Source of the DNA: Eutreptiella sp. 'Long Island Sound 2002'
Taxonomy: Eukaryota > Protista > Euglenida
Length of the DNA: 64,000 nucleotides
NCBI GenBank assembly: GCA_964036045.1
Contig: OZ038378.1
Location: forward strand, 74,958,001-75,022,000
Reading direction: 5' to 3'
Each line of letters starts with the position of its first letter. The stretch's first letter is position 1. Positions 24,901 through 38,723 of the stretch are shown here, piece by piece. The notes under the pieces were generated by a model. It did not search any database. It was not told where the DNA came from and saw only the letters and a program-made list of their open reading frames with translations. The translations under genes and the position numbers were made by a program.

Positions 24901-27900
24901 CGGCTGCTTTGGGACAAGGTCTCTACGACTATGCAAAGTGCTGGGGCCTGTGCCACTTTGGGGCAGGGACCTCCGTGGCTTTGGGAACAGCGGGGCCTGC
25001 GTGTCTTTGGGGCAAGGGCCTCCGCCATTTTTTGGGACTCCGGTGCCTCCACCACTTTGTTGTTGCGGCCTCCGCCGCTTTGGGGCTACGTAGGCCTCCG
25101 CCCCTTTGGGACAAGACTCTCCTCCGCTTTGGGTGCGCCGTGGCCACTGCTTCCTTAGTTGGGGCCCTTGCCATGTACAACTAGTGACGCCTCCGCCGCG
25201 TTTCCAACACCCGGGGCCTCTACTGCGTTTGATGAGGGGCCACCATCGCTTCGTGACCACCGGGGCCTCCGCCGCTTTGGGACGGGGGTCATAGTTGCTT
25301 TGGGAACGGGGGGGCGTCGGCTGCTTTGGACCAAGGCCCCTCACTGCTTTGGGAACTCCACAGCCTCCGTCGTTTTGGGGCAGGAGCCTCTGTCGCATTG
25401 GGAACTCCGGGGCCTCCTTCGCTTTGTGCCAAAGGCCTTTGCCGCTTTGGGGCATGGGCCACCGTCGCTTTGGGACAATGGGGGCCCTCGCCGCCTGGGG
25501 AATGCTGGGGCCTCCGCCGCTCTCGGCTCACCGGGGCCTTTGCCACTTTGGGGCACGGGGCTCGGCTGCTTCGGGAGCGCTAGGGCCTCCGCTGCTTTGG
25601 TAACACCAGGGCCTTCACCGCTTAGGCGGAGGGTTCTCTGGCGCTTTAGCAACACTAGCGCCTGTACAGCTTCGGAGCAAGGGCTTCTGTTGCTTTGGGA
25701 ATGCTGCAACCTGCGCTGCTTTGTGCACACTGGGCGCACCCCTACATTAGCAAATTTTGGGTCAACGGCGCTTTCGGGTAGGGCCTCCCGCCGCTTCGGG
25801 GATGCCGTGGCCTCCGCTACTGTGGGCAAGGGGCCTGTACCGCTTTGGGACCACCGTGGCGTCGATGGATTTGCTAAGACCGGGGCCTCTGCTGCCTTGG
25901 GGTAGGGGCCTTCACTTATTTGGGTGAGGGGCATCCACCACTTTGCGCGCACCAGAATGTCCGCTGATTGTGCTCGTTGGCGACCGTCGCTTTGGGAACG
26001 TAGGTGGCTATACCGCTTTATGGCAAGAGCCCTCGCGGCTTTGCGAATGTTGTGGCCCCTCTCCCATTTGGGCTAGGAGTCTCCGGCGCTTTGGCGATAT
26101 TGGGGCCTGCCTCACTTGGTTCGGGAGCCTCTACGGCTGTGGACACCGCCAGGGCGTCTGTCATTTTCGTGCAAGTGCCTCCACCGCTTCGGGAAAAGCA
26201 CGGCCTCTGCTGCTATGGTAACACCATGGCCGCCGCCTTTCTGATGCAGTGGCCTAGTTGATCTCCGTCACTGTGGGGTAGGGGCCTTCCCCACTTTGGC
26301 AACACCGGGGACTCCGCCACTTTGGGGTAGGGGCCTCTAGAGCTTTGGGCACACCGGGCCTTCAGCCGCTTACAGGTGACGCTTAGAGGTAGCGGCCTTC
26401 GCCGCTTTAGGGGAGGGGCCTCCCCTGCTTCGGGAATGTATGGGCCTCCGCCGCTTTGGGGCATGGGCCTCTCTCGCTTTGGCAATAACGGGGCGTCCGC
26501 CACTTTGACAACGCTAAGGCGTCTGCAACTTTGTGGCAGAGGCCTCCCCTGCTTTAGGACCTATGGTGCCTCTGCCACCACAGGCGGGGGCTACTTTGGC
26601 TTTGGATAGCGGCAGGGCATCGGTCGCTTTGAGAAGGCGGGGCATTCGCCACTTTCGTGAGCGGTCCTCTCCGGCTTTGCCGATGCCCAACGCTTTGGGG
26701 GGGGTTTCTCGGCGCTTTGGGAACGCCGGGACCGCCTCTGCTTTAGGAACTCCGGTGCCTCCGCAACTTGGGACCGGTGCCTCTGCGGCTTTGAAGAGCG
26801 CCGTGGCCTCCGCCCCTTTGGAGGAGGGGCTTTCACTGCCTACGTAACAATGGGGCCCCCGCTGCCTTGGCGTAGGGGCCTCTGCCGCTTTGCGCACTTC
26901 GAGGCCCCTTCCGCTATGGGGCGGCAGTCTCAGCCTCTTTGGAATCTCATGGGGCTCCTCCGCTTTGTCAAAGGAGCCTCTGCTGCTCTGCGGCAAGGGC
27001 CACTGTTGGTTCGCGAATGTTTGGGCGTTTGCCGCTTTTGTGTATGCGCCTTTGCCCCTTGGGGAGCGCCGGGGCCTTCTTGTGCTGTGGGAACACCAAG
27101 GCCTTCGCTGCTTCGGGGCAGGTGCTCAGCTACTTCGTGAACGCCAGGGCCTTCCTTGCTGTTGTATAGGGGTCTTCCCCGCTTTTGGAAACCAAAGGCC
27201 GCTGCCGCTTTGGGAACACCGGGGCCTTTGCTGCTTTGTGGCAAGGGTGTCCACCAGTTTGGCAACACCGGGGCTTGTTCCCTTCGGCGCAAGGGCCTCT
27301 GTGGCTTTGGGAACATCGCAGCCCCCAATGCTTTGTGGTGGGGGCCGCCGCCGCTTTGTGGACATGGGGCGCTCTGCCGCTTCAAGATGTATGGGGTCTC
27401 CGCCCCTTTGGTGTATGGGCTCTCGTTGCTTTGGGGACACCGTGGCCTCCGATGCTTTGGGGTACGGGCCTCCATCGATTTCTGACCGACTTGGCCTCCG
27501 CGTTTTGGCAAGACCGGTGACTCCGTTGCATGTGGGTAGGGGCCTACGCTGCTTTGGCACCACTGGGGCTTTACCCATTTTTGGTCAGGGTCTTCCAGCA
27601 CTTTGTGCGCACCGGGACCTCCGCCGCTTTGGCACCGGGGCCAGCGTGCGCATGGGAACTTGGATGGCTGCACCGCTGTGGGGCAAGCACCCTTGCCGCT
27701 TCGGGAGCGCCCTGGCCACTGTGTTTTTGGGGCATGGGTCTCCGCCACTTTGGCACTACTGCAACCTGCGTCACGTTTTGCGGGAGACGCTACGGCTGTA
27801 GGCGGCACCGGGGCATCTGGCGCTTTGGAAACACGAACGTGTCCGCTGCTTTGGGTTAGCAGCCTGCCCTGTGACGCTTTAGGAACAACAGGGCCTCTGA

Positions 27901-30900
27901 TGCTTAGGGGTAGGGGCCTCCGCTTTTTTGGGAACACCACGGCCTCCGCTGCTTTTGTGCAAGTGCCTCCTTGGACTCAAGTTTTGCGGCGGGGGCCTCC
28001 GCCGCTTTGGCAACTCTGGGGCATCTACCGCTTTGCGGTAGGGGCATCGGCCGCTTTGGGCACACCAGGGCATCCACCGCGTTGAGGGAGTGGCCTCACC
28101 CGCTTCGGGGCAGATTTCCGCCGCTTTGGGGAGTGGCCTCCCCCGTTTTGATAACATATTGGCCTCGTCCGCTTTGTTGCACAAACCTCCGTCGCTTGGT
28201 CAAGAACGGGACCTCCGCCGCTTTGGCACCGGGGCCAGCGTGCGTTTCGGAACTTGGATGGCTGCACCGCTGTGGGGCAAGCACCCTTGCCGCTTCGGGC
28301 GCGCCCTGGCCACTGTGTTTTTAGGGCATGGGTCTCCGCCGCTTTGGCACTACTGCGGGCGGCGTCACTTGTTGCAGGAGACGCTACGGCTGTAGGCGGC
28401 ACTTGGGCCTCCACCGCTTTGGGTCCTTGGCCACTTCGGCTTTGGCAACAATTTGCCTTCCGCCGCTTTGGGGCACGGGCCTCCGCCACTTTGGGCCAGT
28501 TGCCGCCGGGGCTCGGGGGACGTTGGGGCCTCAGCCGCTTCATATCCGACCTCTGCCCGTTTGGGAACGCCACAGCAGTCACCGCTTTGGGGCACGGGCG
28601 TCCGCCGCTTTGGGAACAGCGGGGCTTCTGCCAAGTCAGGGCCGGCCTTTGCACCTTTGGGAACACCAAGGCCTGTGCTGATTTGTGACAGGGGCTTGCA
28701 TTGGTTTTTCACCACTGGGGCCTACCCCGCTTTTGGGATGCTTGTGCCTTTGCCCACCACTGGGGCCTTCACCGCTTTGGGGTAGGAACCTCCATCCCTC
28801 AGGGGCTGCTGCAACCTCCGCCGCTGCGGGGACGCCAGGGCTGTTGTGTCCTTGATACCTCCACGGATTAGGATAAGGGGCCCCCGCGGCTTTGGGAACA
28901 CATGTGCCTCCGCCGCTGTGGCGTAGGGGCTGTTTCTGATTTTGTATTGTTTGGGCCCTTGCTGCTTTGTGGCCTCCACCACTGTGGGAACGCCGGGGGG
29001 TCCGCCGCATATGAGCAAGGGCCTATGCCACTTTGGAAATGACGCGGCCTCCGCTGCTTTCCGGCAGTGCCCCCCTTCGCCGTGGGAACGCCGTTGCTTT
29101 GGGGCGAGGGCCTATGCCTTTTTGGGGACTCCGCGGCCTCCCGCGCCTTGGGGCAGGGTCCTCCGCCGCTTTGCGAACACCGGGCCATCTGCCGGACCGC
29201 GGCACCGGATTGCGTTGCTTTGTGAACGCCGGGACCTTTGGCACTTTGCGGCTCGGGCCCTCCGCCACTTTAGGGACGCTGGTGCCGGTGCCATTGTGCC
29301 GCACGCAGCACCTTTTGCTTTTGGGATTGCAAAGGCCTCCACTGCTTGTCGAACATCGTGCCATTCGCCTCTTTTGGGCAGGGGCCACCATCGCCTAGGG
29401 AACATAGAGGCCACGGCTGCTTTGGGACAAGGTCTCTACGACTATGCAAAGTGCTGGGGCCTGTGCCACTTTGGGGCAGGGGCCTCCGTGGCTTTGGGAA
29501 CAGCGGGGCCTGCGTGTCTTTGGGGCAAGGGCCTCCGCCATTCTTTGGGACTCCGGTGCCTCCACCACTTTGTTGTTGCGGCCTCCGCCGCTTTGGGGCT
29601 ACGTAGGCCTCCGCCCCTTTGGGACAAGACTCTCCTCCGCTTTGGGTGCGCCGTGGCCACTGCTCCCTTAGTTGGGGCCCTTGCCATGTACAACTAGTGA
29701 CGCCTCCGCCGCGTTTCCAACACCCGGGGCCTCTACTGCGTTTGATGAGGGGCCACCATCGCTTCGTGACCACCGGGGCCTCCGCCGCTTTGGGACGGGG
29801 GTCACAGTTGCTTTGGGAACGGGGGGGCGTCGGCTGCTTTGGACCAAGGCCCCTCACTGCTTTGGGAACTCCAGGGCCTCCGTCGTTTTGGGGCAGGAGC
29901 CTCTGTCGCATTGGGAACTCCGGGGCCTCCTTCGCTTTATGCCAAAGGCCTTTGCCGCTTTGGGGCATGGGCCACCGTCGCTTTGGGAGTATGGGGGCCC
30001 TCGCCGCCTGGGGAATGCTGGGGCCTCCGCCGCTCTCGGCTCACCGGGGCCTTTGCCACTTTGGGGCACGGGGCTCGGCTGCTTCGGGAGCGCTAGGGCC
30101 TCCGCTGCTTTGGTAACACCAGGGCCTTCACCGCTTAGGCGGAGGGTTCTCTGGCGCTTTAGCAACAATAGCGCCTGTACAGCTTCGGAGCAAGGGCTTC
30201 TGTTGCTTTGGGAATGCTGCAACCTGCGCTGCTTTGTGCACACTGGGCGCACCCCTACATTAGCAAATTTTGGGTCAACGGCGCTTTCGGGTAGGGCCTC
30301 CCGCCGCTTCGGGGATGCCGTGGCCTCCGCTACTGTGGGCAAGGGGTCTGTACCGCTTTGGGACCACCGTGGCGTCGATGGATTTGCTAAGACCGGGGCC
30401 TCTGCTGCCTTGGGGTAGGGGCCTTCACTTGTTTGGGTGAGGGGCATCCACCACTTTGCGCGCACCAGAATGTCCGCTGATTTTGCTGGTTGGCGACCGT
30501 CGCTTTGGGAACGTAGGTGGCTATACCGCTTTATGGCAAGAGCCCTCGCGGCTTTGCGAATGTTGTGGCCCCTCTCCCATTTGGGCTAGGAGTCTCCGGC
30601 GCTTTGGCAATATCGGGGCCTGCCTCACTTGGTTCGGGAGCCTCTACGGCTGTGGACACTGCCAGGGCGTGTGTCATTTTCGTGCAAGTGCCTCCACCGC
30701 TTCGGGAAAAGCACGGCCTCTGCTGCTATGGTAACACCATGGCCGCCGCCTTTCTGATGCGCTGGCCTCGTTGATCTCCGTCACTGTGGGGTAGGGGCCT
30801 TCCCCACTTTGGCAACACCGGGGACTCCGCCACTTTGGGGTAGGGGCCTCTGGAGCTTTGGGCACACCGGGCCTTCAGCCGCTTAAAGGTGACGCTTAGA

Positions 30901-33900
30901 GGTAGCGGCCTTCGCCGCTTTAGGGGAGGGGCCTCCCCTGCTTCGGGAATGTATGGGCCTCCGCCGCTTTGGGGCATGGGCCTCTCTCGCTTTGGCAATA
31001 CCGGGGCGTCCGCCACTTTGACAACGCTAAGGCGTCCGCAACTTTGTGGCAGAGGCCTCCCCTGCTTTAGGAACTATGGTGCCTCCGCCACCTCAGGCGG
31101 GGGCTACTTTGGCTTTGGATAGCGGCAGGGCATCGTTCGCTTTGAGAAGGCGGGGCATTCGCCACTTTCGTGAGCGGTCCTCTCCGGCTTTGCTGATGCC
31201 CAACGCTTTGGGGGGGGTTTCTCGGCGCTTTGGGAACGCCGGGACCGCCTCCGCTTTAGGAACTCCGGTGCCTCCGCAACTTGGGACCGGTGCCTCTGCG
31301 GCTTTGAAGAGCGCCGTGGCCTCCGCCGCTTTGGAGGAGGGGCTTTCACTGCCTATGTAACAATGGGGCCCCCGCTGCCTTGGCGTAGGGGCCTCTGCCG
31401 CTTTGCGCACTTCGAGGCCCCTTCCGCTATGGGGCGGCAGCCTCAGCCTCTTTGGAATCTGATGGGGCTCCTCCGCTTTGTCAAAGGAGCCTCTGCTGCT
31501 CTGCGGCAGGGGCCAGGGTTGGTTCGCGAATGTTTGGGCGTTTGCCGCTTTTGTGTATGCGCCTTTGCCCCTTGGGGAGCGCCGGGGCCTTCCCGTGCTG
31601 TGGGAACACCAAGGCCTCCGCTGCTTCGGGGCAGGTGCTCAGCTACTTCGTGAACGCCAGGGCCTTCCTTGCTGTTGTATAGGGGTCTTCCCCGCTTTTG
31701 GAAACCAAAGGCCGCTGCCGCTTTGGGAACACCGGGGCCTTTGCTGCTTTGTGGCAAGGGTGTCCACCAGTTTGGCAACACCGGGGCTTGTTCCCTTCGG
31801 CGCAAGGGCCTCTGTGGCTTTGGGAACACCGCAGCCCCCAATGCTTTGTGGTGGGGGCCGCCGCCGCTTTGTGAACATGGGGCGCTCTGCCGCTTCAGGA
31901 TGTATGGGGTCTCCGCCCCTTTGGTGTATGGGCTCTCGTTGCTTTGGGGACACCGTGGCCTCCGATGCTTTGGGGTACGGGCCTCCATCGATTTTTGACC
32001 GACTTGGCCTCCGTGTTTTGGCAAGACCGGTGACTCCGTTGCATGTGGGTAGGGGCCTACGCTGCTTTGGCACCACTGGGGCTTTACCCATTTTTGGTCA
32101 GGGTCTTCCAGCACTTTGTGCGCACGGGGACCTCCGCCGCTTTGGCACCGGGGCCAACGTGCGTATGGGAACTTGGATGGCTGCACCGCTGTGGGGCAAG
32201 CACCCTTGCCGCTTCGGGAGCGCCCTGGCCACTGTGTTTTTGGGGCATGGGTCTCCGCCACTTTGGCACTACTGCAACCTGCGTCACGTTTTGCGGGAGA
32301 CGCTACGGCTGTAGGCGGCACCGGGGCATCCGGCGCTTTGGAAACACGAACGTGTCCGCTGCTTTGGGTTAGGAGCCTGCCCTGTGACGCTTTAGGAACA
32401 ACAGGGCCTCCGATGCTTAGGGGTAGGGGCCTCCGATATTTTGGGAACACCACGGCCTCCGCTGCTTTTGTGCAAGGGCCTCCTTGGACTCAAGTTTTGC
32501 GGCGGGGGCCTCCGCCGCTTTGGCAACTCTGGGGCATCTACCGCTTTGCGGTAGGGGCATCGGCCGCTTTGGGCACACCAGGGCATCCACCGCTTTGAGG
32601 GAGTGGCCTCACCCGCTTCGGGGCAGATTTCCGCCGCTTTGGGGAGTGGCCTCCCCCGTTTTGATAACATATTGGCCTCGTCCGCTTTGTTGCACAAACC
32701 TCCGTCGCTTGGTCAAGAACGGGACCTCCGCCGCTTTGGCACCGGGGCCAGCGTGCGTTTGGGAACTTGGATGGCTGCACCGCTGTGGGGCAAGCACCCT
32801 TGCCGCTTCGGGCGCGCCCTGGCCACTGTGTTTTTAGGGCATGGGTCTCCGCCGCTTTGGCACTACTGCAGCCTGCGTCACGTGTTGCGGGAGACGCTAC
32901 GGCTGTAGGCGGCACCGGGGCATCCGCCGCTTTGGAAACATGAGCGTGTCCGCTGCTTTGGGTTAGGAGCCTGCCCTGTGCCGCTTTAGGAACAACAGGG
33001 CCTCTGATGCTTAGGGGTAGGGGCCTCCGCTATTTCGGGAACACCACGGCCTCCGCTGCTTTTGTGCAAGGGCCTCCTTGGACTCAAGTTTTGCGGCGGG
33101 GGCCTCCGCCGCTTTGGCAACTCTGGGGCATCTACCGCTTTGCGGTAGGGGCATCGGCCGCTTTGGGCACACCAGGGCATCCACCGCTTTGAGGGAGTGG
33201 CCTCACCCGCTTCGGGGCAGGTTTCCGCCGCTTTGGGGAGTGGCCTCCCCCGTTTTGATAACATATTGGCCTCGTCCGCTTTGTTGCACAAACCTCCGTC
33301 GCTTGGTCAAGAACGGGACCTCCGCCGCTTTGGCACCGGGGCCAGCGTGCTTTCGGCAACTTGGATGGCTGCACCGCTGTGGGGCAAGCACCCTTGCCGC
33401 TTCGGGCGCGCCCTGGCCACTGTGTTTTTAGGGCATGGGTCTCCGCCGCTTTGGCACTACTGCAGCCTGCGTCACGTGTTGCGGGAGACGCTACGGCTGT
33501 AGGCGGCACCGGGGCATCCGCCGCTTTGGAAACATGAGCGTGTCCGCTGCTTTGGGTTAGGAGCCTGCCCTGTGCCGCTTTAGGAACAACAGGGCCTCTC
33601 ATGCTTAGGGGTAGGGGCCTCCGCTATTTTGGGAACACCACGGCCTCCGCTGCTTTTGTGCAAGGGCCTCCTTGGACTCAAGTTTTGCGGCGGGGGCCTC
33701 CGCCGCTTTGGCAACTCTGGGGCATCGGCCGCTTTGGGCACACCAGGGCATCCCCCGCTTTGAGGGAGTGGCCTCACCCGCTTCGGGGCAAGTTTCCGCC
33801 GCTTTGGGGAGCGGCCTCCCCCGTCTTGGTAACATATTGGCCTCGTCCGCTTTGTTGCACAAACCTCCGTCGCTTGGTCAAGAACGGGGCGTCCGCCGCT

Positions 33901-34985
33901 TTGGGACTGCTGAGGTTTCCACAGCTTTGGGGTAGGTGCCCCCACCGCTTTAGGAACTCCCGTGCCTCCACCGCTTCGGGCGGGCGCTTGTACGTCTTGG
34001 GATGGTGATGGGGTCTCCAATGGTGTGGGGATTGCCAGCTTGGGGGCAGGGCTTCCACCGCTTTGGGGCACGGACGTTCGCGGGTTCAAGGCAGCGGCCT
34101 CCACCGCTTTGAGGCAGCGGCTTCCGCCGCTCTGGTGCACGGGCCTCTGCCGCTTTATGAACGCTGAGGCCTGCGCTTAGGCCGCCTTGGGGCAGGGGCC
34201 TCCCTTGCTTAAGGAACTCCGTGCCCCTGCGGCTTCAGGCGGGGGCGTCAGTGGCTTGGGATAGCGCTAGGGCCTCCGTCGCTTGGGGGCACGGGCCTCC
34301 GTTGCTTTGGGAACATCGGCGCCTCCTTCGCTTTGGCCTAGGGGCCTCCGCCACTTTGCTCACAGCGGGGGCTCCGCCTCTTTGGGACAGCAGCCTTAGC
34401 TGCCTTGGGAACTCCGGGGCCTCCTCTGCTTTGTGAAATGGGACTGTGCGGCTTTCGGCTAGGGTCTATTCGCTCAGGGAATCTGGGGGCCTTCACCGCT
34501 TTTGGGCGGAAGCCTCCCTAGCTTTTGATCCTCTTTGACCTCCGCCGCTTTGGGAACACCCGGGCCTCCGCCGCTTTGGCGCAAGGGTCTCCACCCCTTT
34601 GGCAACGCGGGGCCCTATTCCGCTCGGGGGTAATGGCCTCCGTTGCTCTGGGAACGCTACAACGGGTGCCGCTTTGCGGCACGCGCCTCCGCCGCGGCTT
34701 TCCGTTGGGGCTTTGGCAATCCCGGGGACTGCCCCGATTTCGTGCGGGAGCTTGTCTTTGTTTTGACAGTGCCGGGGCGTCCACCGCTTTCAAGCATGGG
34801 CCTCCGCCGCGTTGGGAAGGATAGCCCCTCTGCTGCTTTGGGGCATGGGCTTCGCTGCTTTGGGAACCCCACGGCCTACGAGGCTTTGCTGCAGGGGCCT
34901 CTTTGGCCTCCTTTGCTTTCGGGTAGGGGGCTTGTGCCGCTTTGGCATTTTAGGGGGCTCCGGCGCTTTGGAGTAGGGGTCTCCC
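21946..34985 (+). repeat. SatA with recent higher-order repeats (~3.9 kb then ~4.5 kb period)
   Basis: Near-identical ORFs recur at 23205/27126/31639 (offsets 3921 and 4513) and 25159/29672 (offset 4513). Confidence 0.95.
32300..33900 (+). repeat. Tandem ~594-bp SatA sub-unit (about 2.5-3 copies)
   Basis: ORFs 32392-32697 and 32986-33291, and 32484 and 33078, are offset by 594 bp. The same sub-unit accounts for the 3.9 vs 4.5 kb difference. Confidence 0.85.
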
Positions 34986-37900
34986 CACGGGGGGGGGGGG
35001 GGGCTCCTCATTTCGGGTACGCGACTACCCCTTGCCCCCCCCCCTCCCCGCCCTCCGGGCCCACTTAGTTACCAAGGGTCAATGGCTGCCAACCATACAT
35101 ATGGTGGCGCTGCAGGCGCGCGATGATTTTTTTTCCTTGCCCACGTAACAACCCTCCCCGCCCAGGCGGTGGAGCACCCCAACACTATCCTTGAACCCAA
35201 CCTTGACTCTAACGCCATCTCAACCCTGAGCCCACTCCTATCTGCACACCTTACACTAATCCTGACGCTAAAGCTAACCCTAATCAAGACTGAATATTGG
35301 GATCGAGCTGGTGGGGGAGGGAACATGAGCTATGACTGGTGAGGGAGATCAAGAATGATTCACACATTGATGGCTCTTGACAAAGTGAAATCAGCATGCA
35401 AGTGAACCCCATCACCACGAGGCCCCCTTTCAAGGCTTTTTGGACTACTGAGGGGCCAAAATGCCCCCAAATGGGCTCCAATTTCACCCGTTGGTGCACC
35501 CCAAATGGTCGAGGATGAGGTTTGTAAAAATGCGCTTTTGACCCATTTTTGACCCATTTTTTGGTACCCAAACAGCCCATTTTCAAGGCATTTTGGGATT
35601 TGCGGAGGACCAAAATGGGCCACCACAAGCTCAAAACGGTCCAAAAACACTTGTTTTAGCGTCGCACATGGTCTAGGATCATTTTTGAGAAAAGTAATCT
35701 TTTTGACCCTACTGGACCCCATGACCCCATTTGGGCACCCACTTGTTTGGGCTTGAGGTTGCCGCTTGCCGCAGCCTAGTGGGCCTAGGTAATGGGGTCT
35801 TGGCCTTCGTTTGGGCAATTCTGAGGGGTGGAAACCACAAAAAGTGGGGGGTTGCGGGTGGAGTAGGTGCCCTCAGAATCGCATTTTGAGCCATGTAGCC
35901 AAAGCTATGGCCTATTCTTGGTTTGTGGCTGTCGGCATTTGGAGCCTGTGGGGGCCCCTTTCGGCCGTTTCCGGGACGTATCATGGTGTTAAAGGGCCGC
36001 AAAGAGCTCGTTGACACGGGGAAGTCAAGGCGCACATGGAGTGTACCCACCGTTTCCCTTCGTTTGGGCGTTATGAATGTCTTCCAACGCCTTTTTGGCC
36101 CAAAAATGGCTGTTTTTGACCCTAAACTGCAGTTTTTGAAACCGAGGTCCGCCACTTGCGAGTCCCGTTCCCGGCTGCCACCGTTGAGCTTCTTGCTCAA
36201 ACTTTGTGTGATTGTACTTCAGACCCATAGGTATCATCCACCAAAATTTCACCCGAATCTGAAGCACCACAACGGAATTCTGATTTCTACCCATTTCGCG
36301 CGTGCTGCTGCTTCCTTGCTTGCTCCTTGCTGCTGCTGCTGCTGCTGCTAAACCTGGTAAGTCCACCCTAGACACTAAAAAGGGTTATAAAACCAAGACT
36401 GGTTCCACCAGCTCGGTGACCCTAGGCCTACCCCTAGCCCTAGCTCTCACCGTAGGGTAGGGTGAAAGTGAGTTTTGGGGTCCAAAATGGAGAGCAATAA
36501 CGTGACAAAAGGAGCCATGAATGAAATTTGTTGGATGAAGTTCAGCCCAATCGATATGGCTAGCATGGCTAAACCGGGGTGCTACAAAGGTCAGGGTTAG
36601 GGTTATGGTGATGGTATGGTTAGAGGGAGGGCAAGGGGAGGTAAGCGGAGCCCCCCCCCCCCCAAGAGCTGCCCGGGTGCATTATTTTAAAGACACCGGG
36701 GGTCTTCCGGATAGCAGAAGATTCCTGGGGTCTAAGATACCCGGTCCACAACCCCCCCCCCCTCGTCCACACAAACCCCCCCCCCCTTGAACCCATACTC
36801 TCTCTCACAGCGCACGTGGCAGTAGTCACAGGCACCACAGGCGACACCATCGCTCCGCGGCGAAGCAAGAGACCACTAGTAAGAAAGAAGCAAAAACGTT
36901 CGTCGCGCGGTGATATCCCTTGGTGCGCGTTTGAAACCCAATGTTGTTCCGGCCAAATTGTTCCAATGTTCTAGGCTATCTGGCCGGAACAAAAAAAGTT
37001 CAAAATTTATTTACCCCCCAACCAAGCCTACCCGTACTTGGTGGCAAAATATGTTGTTTGCTAGCCTTGGGGGTCCCCGCTGGTATGCTCATATTTGCCG
37101 CCCGACGCGTTGCCACGTGAAAAAAACTTGTTTCCAAAAACAGTTTTTGTTAGAACACCATTGGACCACCGCTGGAACAAGTTATTGGAACGTCGCCGGA
37201 ACAAGCACTCTACAACAAGAGCAAAGCACAAGGAAGGGTAAAATGGTAACATACATTGTTGTGTAGGGTGCCCCCGGGGGCCCATCGGGTTAGTCTCTTG
37301 TTCTCACCTAAAAGTCCTGCGTGGTCGGGGGCCCGGCGGGCGCCCCCGAACTCTTGTCACCCGCCCCACTATCCCCCCCATCTCCCTCACCGACCACCAC
37401 CCCTTCACCCACCACCCCTTCTCCCACCACCCCTTCACCCTCCACCCCTTCGACCTCCATCCTTTCCCCCTCCACCCCTTCGACCTCTTCCCCGACGCCC
37501 CCATCCCGGTTAGCCCCGGTAGCACCCAAACCTGCCCCCGGTCCATCCCCTTCGTCTCCCCCGTCCCCGTCCCCGTCGTTGCTCTCGTCCCCCTCCTCGT
37601 CCGCGTCCGTGTCGTCCTGCTTGTCCTCCTCCTCGGCCGCCATCATCGTGGCGAGGAACTTCTTCGCCTGCGTCTTGGTTTTCCAAACCGACGCTCTCGG
37701 GATGGCGAAGAGTTCGGGGTCTTTGGGGAAGGCGATCCACGTCTCCCCAACCCCGGGGGGCCCACCCGCGGCAAGGGCCTCTTTGCCCTGCTCGATCCCC
37801 CACTGCCCATTGTCCCGAAAAACTACATACACTTGCTCCCCCGCTTTGTATTTGCACCCCCCCACCTCTTGCCTTTGGCTTGGCCTTGGGTTGGGGTTGG

Positions 37901-38509
37901 GGGGGCTGGGCCTTGGGTTGGGCGGGCGCGGCTCTCTTGGGAGCCTTGCGAGGGGGTTTGGTGGGCTCCTTGGCCGGGGGGCGGGGCTGGGGCTCCTCGA
38001 ACGCCGAGGAGTCGGTGGTGGACCCCGAGGAGGAGTCCGTTGAGGAGTCGCTGGACGACTCCTCGCTGGAGGACTCCCCCGGGAGCCCCTTCTTTTTTTG
38101 GGGGGCTGGTTTGGGGGCGCTCTTGGGTTCCCGCTTGGGGGGGCGTTGGGGTTTGGGTTTGGGTTTGAGTGCTGTTTGGGGGGGTTTGGGTGGGGGTTCG
38201 GGGGTTGGGGTTGCACGGGCGGTGCACACGCGGGCGGGGCGGGGGCCCTGCGGCCACTTGTTGGCAGTGCGGCGGCACTGGGGACATGTCGCCAATGCTG
38301 CCCCACCCCTCGATGCGCGTCGCAAGAACGCTGCCGCGGGCTGCAACGTAGTCTATCATGGCCGTGAGGAACTCGAGCACGGCGACGGGCTGCAATTGCA
38401 ACTGCTGAAGCAACGTACCCAAATAGATGGGCCGGGGATCGCTTCCTGGCCAACGAAGGATCACCCGAACGGCGCGCGGGTCCGAAGGGTTGACCTGGAT
38501 GTCCTCCAC

Positions 38510-38723
38510 CTACATGGAGGATAGCCAGGATGAGTGTTCCAGCGACGTTCCAATAAGTTGTTCCGGCGACGTTCAAAAGACTTTTCAAACGTTTTTTGAC
38601 GACAGATTGGAACGTCGCCAGAACAAACTGTTTGGAACGTCGCCGGAACAATGCACCGGCACGCCAACCATGTGCATTTTTGGGCCCTATTGGCCATGTG
38701 GACATGCTTGCGGGGGGGCATAC
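38510..38723 (-). other. GT-AG intron (phase 0, ...DTRVR|VEDIQ...) containing inverted GTTCCGGCGACGTTC repeats
   Basis: Donor GTATGC at 38723, acceptor CATGTAG at 38510. Splicing joins two protein-like frames. Confidence 0.75.

Noticed and set aside
1-34985. Hundreds of long Pro/Lys/Arg/Ala-rich ORFs (PKAAEA, KRRRP) resembling histone H1 or NLS-rich proteins
   Set aside because: They occur in overlapping frames on both strands as a by-product of a stop-poor satellite, with no consistent frame or domain.
36874-36898. CACTAGTAAGAAAG as a CACTA terminus or RSS-like heptamer + GCAAAAACG nonamer
   Set aside because: The spacer is 9 bp rather than 12 or 23. No matching right end with a TSD was found, and the well-supported TIR pair starts 40 bp further in.
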